DNA of 64,000 nucleotides, from assembly GCA_051294375.1 (NCBI GenBank), contig CM119268.1, positions 16,231,528-16,295,527 on the forward strand, written 5' to 3'. Below are positions 1-13,732 of the stretch, in pieces. Made by a program: the position numbers and the translations under genes. The notes beneath the pieces are model-generated. The model did not search any database. It saw only the letters and a list, made by a program, of their open reading frames with translations, and had not been told where the DNA came from. Numbering within the stretch: the stretch's first letter is position 1; each line of letters begins with the position of its first letter. The DNA comes from Paraspadella gotoi. Its lineage: Eukaryota > Animalia > Chaetognatha.

Positions 1-344
1 GAAAATGGTTTCCACTTAAATACTGAATCTGTTGTAAACACCTTGCTGGCAAACTTTGGGTGGCATTTCTTATTGCGGAGTTCTCCAAGACTACTGCGAG
101 AAAAGAGAGAGAGGGAAGAGAGAGAGAGAGAGAGAGACGAGAGAGAGAGAGAGAGGAGAGAGAGCAGGCGACCGAGAGAGAAGAGCGAGGAGAAGAGTGC
201 GAAAATTGTTCGAGTCCTCTGGCGGAAAAACGAGAAAAACCATCAAGGACAACGAAAACGAAATACTCTGGCGAAAGAACCAAAGAAACTGCAAAAAGAA
301 TCGCTTTAGCAGAGAAGGAAGGAGAGCGGAGAGAGGAAGAAGAG

Positions 345-392
<48 letters not shown>

Positions 393-1322
393 CAGAGAGA
401 GAGAGAGACGAGAGAGAGAGAAGTAGATATTATATCAGGCGATAGAAGGAATCGGCGCTAAGCGTTAAGTGTTTCTCACTGAAAGTACTCGACGATCATT
501 GTGGTTTTTTTTTGAACATGGATGATCGTACGCCGGTTTCAAAACTGCATGAAATATGAATGAATTAACCACATTGTATTTATTCTAAGAGAAAAACATT
601 ACCATCCTAATATATCATTTGCCTAAAAATCCTCTTAAATTGGCTAATTAAATGATTTGCCTAGAATCGATGACACACCGATTCAAAATCGATGAGGCCA
701 TTGCGAGGAAAGACGAGTCGCGAATAAAGATAAAAATGAGGAAAGAAAAAAAAAAAGAAAAAGACACGGAGAAATAAAAAAGGAGGTAAAAAAGGCGTGG
801 AGAAAAAAGAAAGGGAAAAAAATGGCGTGGAGCAAAAGGCTGTGAAAGTGGATCCGGAATGCATGAGCAGCCTCGAGTGACGCGATATCCCTCGCCCCGC
901 CGTTGGAAGGAAGGAAAGAGGAACGAAGGAAAGGAGGGAGGAAGAAAGGAAAAGAATTAACGGTATAGAAACTTGATCTCTCTTAGAAAAAAATTCCTAA
1001 AAATTATTATGAGAAAGACTCGGTAATTGTTAATCCAAGATATCAGTCAATTCAAGACTGTCAGTCTCACAGTTCAGTCTCACAGTTTTAGTCTCACAGT
1101 CAGTCTCACCCACAATGATTAAGCTCATTAAGCTTTTTAGAAGCTAAATCTAAAGATCTTTTTAATTCAAACAAAGGCAGAAGATAATACGTCACTGCTT
1201 ATTTAATGTTTATATTTATGGATCATTGTCCTTCATTCGGCATCACATGTTAAGTATGGGCGGTGTTTGAAGCGAGTATTTGTGTTATGTAAGTAGAGGG
1301 GGGAGGGGAGGGAGGAAGAGAG

Positions 1323-1396
<74 letters not shown>

Positions 1397-4342
1397 CGCT
1401 TTGGGGCGAAAGAAGGGATAAAAACGCTTTTTAGAAATCATTTTTTCATTATGGCGGTTGGGGTGGAGAACCAGAACAGCTTCGGCGGTGGCGAGTGAGC
1501 GGGTTCAATCGTAAAGAGGTGGTATAGAAAAATAGAAGAAGAACCACTTTTTATGAGTTGGATTCATTTGGTGGGTAAATATCTTAGACTTTTTGAGTTT
1601 AAAAAGCTGTTTAAAAATAAAAAAAACTGATTTCTTAGTTCTATTAAGAGATCAAATTTTTGTTTTGACCGAGTATGGCGACCTGGTATGACGCCATACT
1701 ACTATTCCTGGATAAAGTGGTTCCCCTGCGCGTCTGAAAGTGAGTAACGGCCCCGCAGCTAAGATCGAAAGGACCATTTGAAAAAAAAAAACGCCCTTGC
1801 TTGGGATTTATTTTAATAAGTTATTCAATGCATCAAACGTGGACTGTACTAGAAAGTATGAACACGTGAAGAGAAAAATATGACTTTAAAATATATTTTA
1901 TAGCTTTAACCTGCTGCCAATAATCATTATAAGATAACATCGGGTAAAATAATCCTTAAATTCTACTCGCAGCTGTTTTTATTTTCTCTCCCTTTTAACT
2001 CAGATATCGATTAATTTCCAGAAACAGTTTTTTATTCTATTTTTGTATTTTTTATTTTCTTTTATTCTTATGTTTCATTAAAAATTGACAAGTTTTCTGT
2101 CTATGAATTAAAAAAAAAAAAGGCAATGGCTAAGTATAATGTTAGGTAACCATAATGATAGTATTTACTTTTTTTTCAATTTGCCATTCTGTCTATACTA
2201 AAAAAAAAGGGAAATGGCCTATGTAAGCTAATATCACTCATGATTTTCATTGATATACTTAATACTTTTCCAATTTGCAATGTCCACAATGATCCTTAAT
2301 TGTTTGATTTTTTTTTTGTGCCATTAGTGCAATTTTTCTTGCTCAAACTCATCGTTTAATCGTTAAAAAAAAAAAAAATTATTCAACGATCGGACAGTAA
2401 AAATACAAGGCAACAATAACCTGCCATACACGCCTCGAAGAAGACGAAGACGGACGACGACGACGACAGCAAGAAAGCGGATTACCTGGAGGAGAAGGGA
2501 TCGAGGCCGGGGTCTCCAGGGGTGAAGCCGTGTTGTCCGCAGCGAAGTCGAATCGAGGTCGCGTCGGATCAGATTCGGCGGAGCGGAGGTGACGGGTCGA
2601 AGAGTGTTGGGAATGTAGGGGGGTTGAGTTAGGGGTTTTAGGAGGGAGTTGGGGTTAGGGGGGGTGAGGAAAATGGGAGAATTCAGCGGTCAATGCTATT
2701 CGCCAGTCGCGGGGTGGCGGTATATAGGTTATTTTTGAACTCTGTACGTAGAGTAAGGCGTAGTGAAAGTTACATACGAAGATTCTAAAAGTCAATTATG
2801 AACAACATCCATCAGTGAACTTAATTTGTAAAAAAAATTAATTTTATGTTTTTTAATTTTCGCAGTAGGCTATATTATATATAGTACTATCCTTATAAAA
2901 TCGAAAAATTTCAAAATAGGCTTTTCTTAATTTTGATGCAGATTTCAATTCTCGTAAAAGTTGTTAAAGGAAAATATAAATCATTTTTAAAATTCTTTCA
3001 TTAAGTGGGTTAAAAATTACAAAAAACTATCTATTTAATATATAAAAAGTTAATTTTCAGCTTAAAATATAGCTTTTTCTAATTTTTGACACACTTAATG
3101 AAGGAATTTTTTAAAAAGAGTTATATTTCTTTTTAACAACTTTTTATGACGAATCCAAATCTGCAAAAAAAATCTTAGAAAAAACTGTTTTGAATTTTAA
3201 CATTTATTGGATTAGTACTAGTATAAATATGGCCTACTGCGTAAATTGTAAAATTTATTATAAATTTTTTTTATACATAAATGTTCATTAGTATATAGTT
3301 GTTCGTTCCTCACTTTTAGAATTTTAATTAAGTTAAATTGTAGAAATTTTACTACGCCTTAACGTAGAGTGTAGCTTGAGTTGACTTACTTTTGGTTAGA
3401 TATCCGATTTATACCGTTGATTAGAATATTGTCAAGTTTGGTTTAATTAGAAAAGAAATGCTCGTCGCTGGCCAGTCTAGATTTCGTTTTAAGGCAGGGG
3501 TAGGGTCATTCAGATTCTGAAGCCCAAGTCGCAGGTCCGCATCTGGAAAGGAAATTCCGAGAAGAAATCGAGACACAAACAAGAAACGAGAGAATCTAGC
3601 GAAAGAGTGAGTGGAGAAAAAAAGAGAGGAGAGAGAATAAGGTAAAAACTTTGCCCTGACTGCCCCTTCTTTCAAACAAAACATTTCAAGAACTCGTCTT
3701 GAGAGAGACAGAGACAGAGAGACTGAGACACGCCGACTCGGGGAAAAGTAATGGAAACAGAGCGAAACGAGAGAATAGAGGGGAGGAGATCAGACCAATC
3801 GTTGGTGTTGTTGTTGTCGTTGTTGTTGTGAAAAAAACATTTGGGCTTAAAGTGAAAGTGAAGTGAAGCGAAAGAAGTTGAGAAAAAAGTGGGATGGAGA
3901 GAGATGTACTATGAAAATTGGATTGGAACAAATTGGTGAAAAGAGAAAGAAAATTAATGATTAGTTCAGAGGAAAAAGGTCGAAAAGAAAGTGATAATGA
4001 TGATGAGGAGGAGGAGGGAGAGGAGGAAGAAGAAGAGTAGGGAGAGATACGCGCCATCGGATCAATGAAGAATAATAAGAGGAACCTGGAGGCCAAAAGA
4101 CGCGCAGAGAATAGAGCCCAAAAAATGATGGGGAGAGAAAAAGGGGAGAGAGAGAGTATGGGATGAAGAGAGGGAGAGAGACGGAGGAAAAAACGAGAGA
4201 AAAATCGAAAAGAAAAAGAAAAAAGAGAGAAAAAAGAAAATCACGAGAAAAGAACGAGCGAAGAAAAAAAATATTCCAAACAACACGAACGAAGGATGCT
4301 TGAAAGAAAAAAAGCAAAACAAGCGAGCGAGATGGAAAAAAG
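1..4342. repeat. Left arm of an ~8.9 kb palindrome (may continue upstream of the window)
   Basis: Reverse complement of 4521-8865. Mirrored identical ORFs (3421-3684 minus vs 5188-5451 plus; 1280-1498 plus vs 7374-7592 minus) give a coordinate sum of 8872, so the centre is near 4436. Confidence 0.95.
2754..3361. mobile_element. 608-bp non-autonomous TIR element (MITE), hAT-like
   Basis: Termini TAAGGCGTAGTGAAA ... TTTTACTACGCCTTA. 8-bp TSD ACGTAGAG at 2746-2753 and 3362-3369. No ORF. Confidence 0.9.
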
Positions 4343-4409
4343 AAAAGTCTGGTAAAAAAAGAAAATGTGAAAATTCCAGGGAGAGTAGAAGGAAAGGAGA
4401 GAGAAAGAG

Positions 4410-4478
<69 letters not shown>

Positions 4479-4520
4479 GAGAGAGAGAACGGGATTTTTC
4501 TCTTTTTTTTTTGGGTTTCT

Positions 4521-7475
4521 TTTTTTTCCATCTCGCTCGCTTGTTTTGCTTTTTTTCTTTTCAAGCATCCTTCGTTCGTTTGTTTGGAATATTTTTTTTT
4601 CTTCGCTCGTTCTTTTCTCGTGATTTTTCTTTTTTTCTCTTTTTTCTTTTTTTTTTCTTTTTCGATTTTTCTCTCGTTTTTTTCCTCCGTCTCTCTCCCT
4701 CTCTTCATCCCATACTCGTCTCTCTCCCCTTTTTCTCTCCCCATCATTTTTTGGGCTCTATTCTCTGCGCGTCTTTTGGCCTCCAGGTTCCTCTTATTAT
4801 TCTTCATTGATCCGATGGCGCGTATCTCTCCCTACTCTTCTTCTTCCTCCTCTCCCTCCTCCTCCTCATCATCATTATCACTTTCTTTTCGACCTTTTTC
4901 CTCTGAACTAATCATTAATTTTCTTTCTCTTTTCACCAATTTGTTCCAATCCAATTTTCATAGTACATCTCTCTCCATCCCACTTTTTTCTCAACTTCTT
5001 TCGCTTCACTTCACTTTCACTTTAAGCCCAAATGTTTTTTTCACAACAACAACGACAACAACAACACCAACGATTGGTCTGATCTCCTCCCCTCTATTCT
5101 CTCGTTTCGCTCTGTTTCCATTACTTTTCCCCGAGTCGGCGTGTCTCAGTCTCTCTGTCTCTGTCTCTCTCAAGACGAGTTCTTGAAATGTTTTGTTTGA
5201 AAGAAGGGGCAGTCAGGGCAAAGTTTTTACCTTATTCTCTCTCCTCTCTTTTTTTCTCCACTCACTCTTTCGCTAGATTCTCTCGTTTCTTGTTTGTGTC
5301 TCGATTTCTTCTCGGAATTTCCTTTCCAGATGCGGACCTGCGACTTGGGCTTCAGAATCTGAATGACCCTACCCCTGCCTTAAAACGAAATCTAGACTGG
5401 CCAGCGACGAGCATTTCTTTTCTAATTAAACCAAACTTGACAATATTCTAATCAACGGTATAAATCGGATATCTAACCAAAAGTAAGTCAACTCAAGCTA
5501 CACTCTACGTTAAGGCGTAGTAAAATTTCTACAATTTAACTTAATTAAAATTCTAAAAGTGAGGAACGAACAACTATATACTAATGAACATTTATGTATA
5601 AAAAAAATTTATAATAAATTTTACAATTTACGCAGTAGGCCATATTTATACTAGTACTAATCCAATAAATGTTAAAATTCAAAACAGTTTTTTCTAAGAT
5701 TTTTTTTGCAGATTTGGATTCGTCATAAAAAGTTGTTAAAAAGAAATATAACTCTTTTTAAAAAATTCCTTCATTAAGTGTGTCAAAAATTAGAAAAAGC
5801 TATATTTTAAGCTGAAAATTAACTTTTTATATATTAAATAGATAGTTTTTTGTAATTTTTAACCCACTTAATGAAAGAATTTTAAAAATGATTTATATTT
5901 TCCTTTAACAACTTTTACGAGAATTGAAATCTGCATCAAAATTAAGAAAAGCCTATTTTGAAATTTTTCGATTTTATAAGGATAGTACTATATATAATAT
6001 AGCCTACTGCGAAAATTAAAAAACATAAAATTAATTTTTTTTACAAATTAAGTTCACTGATGGATGTTGTTCATAATTGACTTTTAGAATCTTCGTATGT
6101 AACTTTCACTACGCCTTACTCTACGTACAGAGTTCAAAAATAACCTATATACCGCCACCCCGCCGAACTGGCAATAGCATTGGACCGCTGATTCTCCCAT
6201 TTTCCTCACCCCCCCTAACCCCAACTCCCTCCTAAAACCCCTAAACTCAACCCCCTACATTCCACACACTCTTCGACCCGTCACCTCCGCTCCGCCGAAT
6301 CTGATCCGACGCGACCTCGATTCGACTTCGCGCGGACAACACGGCTTCACCCCTGGAGACCCCGGCCTCGATCCCTTCTCCTCCAGGTAATCCGCTTCTT
6401 GCTGTCGTCGTCGTCGTCCGTCTTCGTCTTCTTCGAGGCGTGTATGGCAGGTTATTGTTGCCTTGTATTTTTACTGTCCGATCGTTGAATAATTTTTTTT
6501 TTTTTTAACGATTAAACGATGAGTTTGAGCAAGAAAAATTGCACTAATGGCACAAAAAAAAAATCAAACAATTAAGGATCATTGTGGACATTGCAAATTG
6601 GAAAAGTATTAAGTATATCAATGAAAATCATGAGTGATATTAGCTTACATAGGCCATTTCCCTTTTTTTTTAGTATAGACAGAATGGCAAATTGAAAAAA
6701 AAGTAAATACTATCATTATGGTTACCTAACATTATACTTAGCCATTGCCTTTTTTTTTTTTAATTTCATAGACAGAAAACTTGTCAATTTTTAATGAAAC
6801 ATAAGAATAAAGAAAATAAAAAATACAAAAATAGAATAAAAAACTGTTTCTGGAAATTAATCGATATCTGAGTTAAAAGGGAGAGAAAATAAAAACAGCT
6901 GCGAGTAGAATTTAAGGATTATTTTACCCGATGTTATCTTATAATGATTATTGGCAGCAGGTTAAAGCTATAAAATATATTTTAAAGTCATATTTTTCTC
7001 TTCACGTGTTCATACTTTCTAGTACAGTCCACGTTTGATGCATTGAATAACTTATTAAAATAAATCCCAAGCAAGGGCGTTTTTTTTTTTCAAATGGTCC
7101 TTTCGATCTTAGCTGCGGGGCCGTTACTCACTTTCAGACGCGCAGGGGAACCACTTTATCCAGTGAATAGTAGTATGGCGTCATACCAGGTCGCCATACT
7201 CGGTCAAAACAAAAATTTGATCTCTTAATAGAACTAAGAAATCAGTTTTTTTTATTTTTAAACAGCTTTTTAAACTCAAAAAGTCTAAGATATTTACCCA
7301 CCAAATGAATCCAACTCATGAAAAGTGGTTCTTCTTCTATTTTTCTATACCACCTCTTTACGATTGAACCCGCTCACTCGCCACCGCCGAAGCTGTTCTG
7401 GTTCTCCACCCCAACCGCCATAATGAAAAAATGATTTCTAAAAAGCGTTTTTATCCCTTCTTTCGCCCCAAAGCG

Positions 7476-7549
<74 letters not shown>

Positions 7550-8865
7550 CTCTCTTCCTCCCTCCCCTCCCCCCTCTACTTACATAACACAAATACTCGC
7601 TTCAAACACCGCCCATACTTAACATGTGATGCCGAATGAAGGACAATGATCCATAAATATAAACATTAAATAAGCAGTGACGTATTATCTTCTGCCTTTG
7701 TTTGAATTAAAAAGATCTTTAGATTTAGCTTCTAAAAAGCTTAATGAGCTTAATCATTGTGGGTGAGACTGACTGTGAGACTAAAACTGTGAGACTGAAC
7801 TGTGAGACTGACAGTCTTGAATTGACTGATATCTTGGATTAACAATTACCGAGTCTTTCTCATAATAATTTTTAGGAATTTTTTTCTAAGAGAGATCAAG
7901 TTCTATACCGTTAATTCTTTTCCTTTCTTCCTCCCTCCTTTCCTTCGTTCCTCTTTCCTTCCTTCCAACGGCGGGGCGAGGGATATCGCGTCACTCGAGG
8001 CTGCTCATGCATTCCGGATCCACTTTCACAGCCTTTTGCTCCACGCCATTTTTTTCCCTTTCTTTTTTCTCCACGCCTTTTTTACCTCCTTTTTTATTTC
8101 TCCGTGTCTTTTTCTTTTTTTTTTTCTTTCCTCATTTTTATCGTTTATTCGCGACTCGTCTTTCCTCGCAATGGCCTCATCGATTTTGAATCGGTGTGTC
8201 ATCGATTCTAGGCAAATCATTTAATTAGCCAATTTAAGAGGATTTTTAGGCAAATGATATATTAGGATGGTAATGTTTTTCTCTTAGAATAAATACAATG
8301 TGGTTAATTCATTCATATTTCATGCAGTTTTGAAACCGGCGTACGATCATCCATGTTCAAAAAAAAACCACATGATCGTCGAGTACTTTCAGTGAGAAAC
8401 ACTTAACGCTTAGCGCCTGATTCCTTCTATCGCCGAATCAATATCTACTCCTCTCTCTCTCTCGTCTCTCTCTCCTCTGCTCTCTCTCTCTCTCTCTCTC
8501 TCGCTCTCCTCTCTCTCTCTCTCTCTCTCTCTTCTTTCCTCTCTCCTCTCTCCTTCCTTCTCTGTAAGCGATTCTTTTTCAGTTCTTTTGTTCTTTCCCA
8601 GAGTATTTCGTTTTCGTTGCCTTGATGGTTTTTCTCGGTTTCCCGCCAGAGGATCGACAATTTTCGCCATCTCCTCTCTGCTCTCTGCTCTCGGTCCCTC
8701 CTCTCTTCCGTCTTCTCTCTCTCTCTCTTCTCTCTTCTCTCTCTTCTCCTCTTCTCTCTTTCTCGCAGTTAGTCTTGGAGAAGCTCCGCAATACAGAAAT
8801 GCCAACCAAAGTTTGCCAGCAAGGTGTTTCACAACGATTCAGTATTTAAGTGGAAACCATTTTTC
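4521..8865. repeat. Right arm of the ~8.9 kb palindrome
   Basis: Near-identical reverse complement of 1-4342. The outer ~450 bp is noisier, and the arms are separated by a purine-rich (AG)n spacer. Confidence 0.95.
5511..6118. mobile_element. 608-bp MITE, hAT-like (mirror copy in the right arm)
   Basis: TIR TAAGGCGTAGT / ACTACGCCTTA. TSD CTCTACGT at 5503-5510 and 6119-6126. The empty site CTCTACCT is at 10867-10874 in the paralogous copy. Confidence 0.92.
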
Positions 8866-10192
8866 ACTGTAAAAATTTCATTCGTAAACCATCATTAGTT
8901 AATATCTGCGGATAAACTTCGAAAACTTGTTGAAGACAAAAAGGATCTATAAGGTAGAAAGACTATTCAAAAAAATATTGATTACTTGAGAAAAGAAAGA
9001 GTACTAGAAAGAAAAAAAGAAAGAAGCTCGTATAATGAGATATATACGATGTTGGACGATAAGCTGTAAACATGAGTCATCACGTACGTGGCTATGACAA
9101 TAAAAAATTAGAAATACAAATTAAATTTATCCTGGAGACCAAGCGGAAAGAAGTAACGGAGAGATAAGAAGCGACGTCGGAGGAAGGACGAGAGAGATGA
9201 GAGAGTCGAAGAGAGAGGATAAGAGACGAGAGAAGGAAGAGAGTAGAGAGAGAGAAGAGAGGCAGAATGCGAGGAGTGAGAAGAGAGAGAGAGAGAGAGC
9301 CAAAGTGAACGTCGAGGCTTTCCAACAAACTGCCGTCCTCGATTTGGCTTCGTCATCACGTCCTCCTTCCGCTCAGAACGTCTCGCCTCGTCGTCTTCGT
9401 CGTTGATCGTGTCCGATGTCTGCGTGCATCGACGCGTATTTCGCCCGCCTCGTCTTTCCGAGCGGCGACGAATCTCAGAGCCGGCTTGGAAATAACAACG
9501 ACAAGCGACGGATACAGAGTGCAAGCTATCCTCAAATAATGCTTGTTTTTTTGTTTTGTTATTGATACACTATTCTGTAATATTTAATTGATTTATATAT
9601 TTACAAACATATCTCACTCTGTTTAGAGTCTGCAGTAGCCTAGAGATAGATAGTTAGATTCTACTAGACTAAAGAGGCGGTTCCGATGAGTTTAGTCCTA
9701 TTATTGTATCGCGGTATCCTGGTGTAGCTGTGTATGTTACCATTTCAGTCAAGTGCTTTCTTTGTCCACCTCTGTCGATCTTGGCACAATTTAGATCTCC
9801 TCGCTTTGCTCGTATACCCTTTTCGTATTGCTCCCCATTCCCTGTTCTATCTCCCCGATTTCCCTTTCGTAATTACGATATCTATCCCAACCTTTACTCC
9901 CCTTCCTTCCTTGCGGTCATCTGCGAGGCCCCTGTCCCTTTCTCTCTCCCCCTCTTTCCTCCCTCCCGCCCCCCTTTTCTCTCGACGTCATTTTTCCCGC
10001 CAGTAAACCTCGTATCGTTCCCGGTGCGAGTCGCAATATGACTTTCGTTCATATCCTTCGCATCCGTATCTTGCTCTTCTGTCTCTCTGGTCCCGCCTTC
10101 AGCTTTTGCTCTTCGTGGTCGATGTGCAAGCTTGGTTGTGCGAGCAAGTCTGCGTGCGTGCGTTTTGNNNNNNNNNNNNNNNNNNNNNNNNN

Positions 10193-12042
10193 TCTTCTTC
10201 TTCCTCCTCCTCCTCCTCCTCCTCATCATCATCATCACTTTCTTTTCGACCTTTTTCCTCTGAACTAATCATTAATTTTCTTTCTCTTTTCACCATTTTG
10301 TTCCAATCCAATTTTCATAGTACATCTCTCTCCATCCCACTTTTTTCTCAACTTCTTTCGCTTCACTTCACTTTCACTTTAAGCCCAAATGTTTTTTTCA
10401 CAACAACAACGACAACAACAACACCAACGATTGGTCTGATCTCCTCCCCTCTATTCTCTCGGTTTCGCTCTGTTTCCATTACTTTTCCCCGAGTCGGCGT
10501 GTCTCAGTCTCTCTGTCTCAGTCTCTCTCAAAGACGAGTTCTTGAATATGTTTTGTTTGAAGAAAGGGGCAGTTCAGGGCAAAGTTTTTACCTTATTCTC
10601 TCTCCTCTCTTTTTTTCTCTCACTCACTCTTTCGCTAGTTCTCTCGTTTCTTGTTTGTGTCTCGATTTCTTCTCGGAATTTCCTTTCCAGATGCGACGCT
10701 GCCGACTTGGGCTTCAGAATCTGAATGACCCTACCCCTGCCTTAAAACGAAATCTAGACTGGCCAGCGACCGAGCATTTTCTTTTCTGATTAAACCAAAC
10801 TTGACAATATTCTAATCTACGTTATAAATCAGATATCTAACCAAAAGTAAGTCAACTCAAGCTACACTCTACCTACAGAGTTCAAAAATAACCTATATAC
10901 CGCCACCCCGCCGAGCTAATAGCATTGACCGCTGATTCTCCCATTTTCCCTCACCCCCCCTAACCCCAACTCCCTCCTAAAACCCCCTAACTCAACCCCC
11001 CTACATTCCACACACTCTTCGACCCTCACCTCCGCCTCCGCCGAATCTGATCCGACGCGACCTCGATTCGACTTCGCGCGGACAACACGGCTTCACCCCT
11101 GGAGACCCCGGCCTCGATCCCTTCTCCTCCAGGTAATCCGCTTCTTGCTGTCGTCGTCGTCGTCGTCGTCGAGTCGTCGTCGTCGTCGTCGTCGTCGTCG
11201 AGGCGTGTATGGCAAGGTTTTTTATTTTTTTTTATTTATTATTTATTTATTATTTATTATTATTATTATTATTATTTTTTATTATTTTTATTTTTATTAT
11301 TTTTATTATTTTTATTATTTTTTATTATTATTATTATTATTTATTTATTATTTATTTTTTATTGTATTTTTACTGTTCCGCATCGTTAGAATAAAAAAAC
11401 GTCTTCTGGAAATTAATCGATATCTGAGTTAAAAGGGAGAGAAAATAAAAACAGCTGCGAGTAGAATTTAAGGATTATTTTACCCGATGTTATCTTTATA
11501 ATGATTATTGGCAGCAGGTAAAGCTATAAAATATATTTTAAAGTCATATTTTTTCTCTTCACGTTGTCATAGTTTCTAGTACAGTCCACGTTTGATGCAT
11601 TGAATAACTATTAAAATAAATCCCAAGCAAGGGCGTTTTTTTCAAATGGTCCTTTCGATCTTAGCTGCGGGGCCAGTTACTCACTTTCAGACGGCAGGGG
11701 AACCACTTTATCCAGAATAGTAGTATGGCGTCATACCAGGTCGCCATACTCGGGTCAAAAAAAAAAATTTGATTTCTTAATAGAACTAAGAAATCAGTTT
11801 TTTTTATTTTTTAAACAGCTATTTAAACTCAAAAGAGTCTAAGATATTTACCACCAAATGAATCCAACTCATAAAAAGTGGTTCTTCTTCTATTTTCTAT
11901 ACCACCTCTTTACGATTGAACCCGCTCACTCGCCACCGCCGATGTTCTGGTTCTCCACCCCCACAGCCATAATGAAAAATGATTCTAAAAGCGTTTTTAT
12001 CCCTTCTTTCGCCCAAAGCGTCTCTCTCTCTCTCTCTCTTCT

Positions 12043-12081
<39 letters not shown>

Positions 12082-12974
12082 TCTGCTCTCTCTCTCTCTC
12101 TCTCTGGTTCTGCCCTCCTCCCTCCGCTACTCCTCTCTCTCGCTGGATCTTCAAAACAATACTCGTTCAAAACCGCCCTATAACAGTGTGCCGAATGAGG
12201 ACAATGATCCATAAAGATAAGACATTAAATAAGCAGTGACGTATTATCTTCTGCCTTTGTTTAAATTAAAAATATCTTTAGATTTAGCTTCTAAAAAGCT
12301 AATGAGCTTAATCATTGTGGGTGAGACTGACTGTGAGACTAACTGTGAGACTGAGTGTGAGACTGACAGTCTTGAATTGACTGATATTCTTGGATTAACA
12401 ATTACCGAGTCTTTGTTAGGAATTTTTTATAAAGAGATCAAGTTCTATACCTTAATTTCTTTCCTTTCTTCCTCCTCCTTTCCTTCTTTCCTCCTTTCCT
12501 TCCTTCCAACGGCGGGCGAGGGATATCGGTCACTCGAGGCTGCTCATGCATTCCGGATCCACTTTCACAGCCTTTGCTCCACGCATTTTTTTCCCTTTCT
12601 TTTTCTCCACGCCTTTTTTACCTCCTTTTTTATTTCTCCGTGTCTTTTTCTCTTTTTTTTTTCTTTCCTCATTTTTATCTTTTATTCGCGACTCGTCTTT
12701 CCTCGCAATGGCTTCATCGATTTTGAATCGTGTGTCATCGATTCTAGGCCAAATCATTTAATTAGCCAATTAAGAGGATTTTTAGGCAAATGATATTATA
12801 GGATGGTAATGTTTTCTCTTAGAACAAGAGTTTACAATTGGTTTAATTATCATATTTCATGTAGTTTGAAACCGGCGACGATCATCAATGTCAAAAAAAA
12901 AACCACATGAACGTCGAGTACTTTCAGAGAACACTTAACGCTTAGCGCCCATTCCTTCTTCGCCTGAATATATA

Positions 12975-13026
<52 letters not shown>

Positions 13027-13208
13027 CTCCGTCTTCTCTCTCGATCTCGTAAAGCGATTCTTTCAGTTCTTTTGTTCTTTCCCAGACAGTTTTTCGTTTC
13101 GTTGCTGATGGTTTTTTTTCTCGTTTCCGACCAAGGGACTCGACAATTTCCCGCACTTCTCACTCTCTCTCTCTCCTCCTCTCTGCTCTCTCTCCCTCTC
13201 CTCTCTCT

Positions 13209-13258
<50 letters not shown>

Positions 13259-13663
13259 CAAGCAGTTAGTCTGCGAGAACTCCGAATAAGAAAATGCCAC
13301 AGTTGCAGCAAGGTTTAAACGATTCAGTATTTAAGTGGAAACCATTTTTCACTGTAAAATTTTTCATTGTAAAAATATAGTTAATATTGCGATAAACTCT
13401 TCGAAACGTTGTGAAAAAAAGAGATTATAAGTAGAAACTATTCAAAAAAATATTGATTACTTGAGAAAAGAAAGAATTAGAAAGAAAAGAAAGAAAGAAA
13501 GTCTGAGAATGATATATAACATGTGACATAAGCTGTAAATTATATCATCACTCGTTGGCTATGACAATAAAAATATTAAAAAATACAAATAAAATTTATC
13601 CTGAGACAAGCGGAAAGACGTTAAAGAGATAAACGAAGCGACGTAGAGAGAGAGGAGAGAGAG

Positions 13664-13732
<69 letters not shown>

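Noticed and set aside
2615-2668. Interstitial telomere array
   Set aside because: Only scattered TTAGGG-like words with no tandem periodicity.
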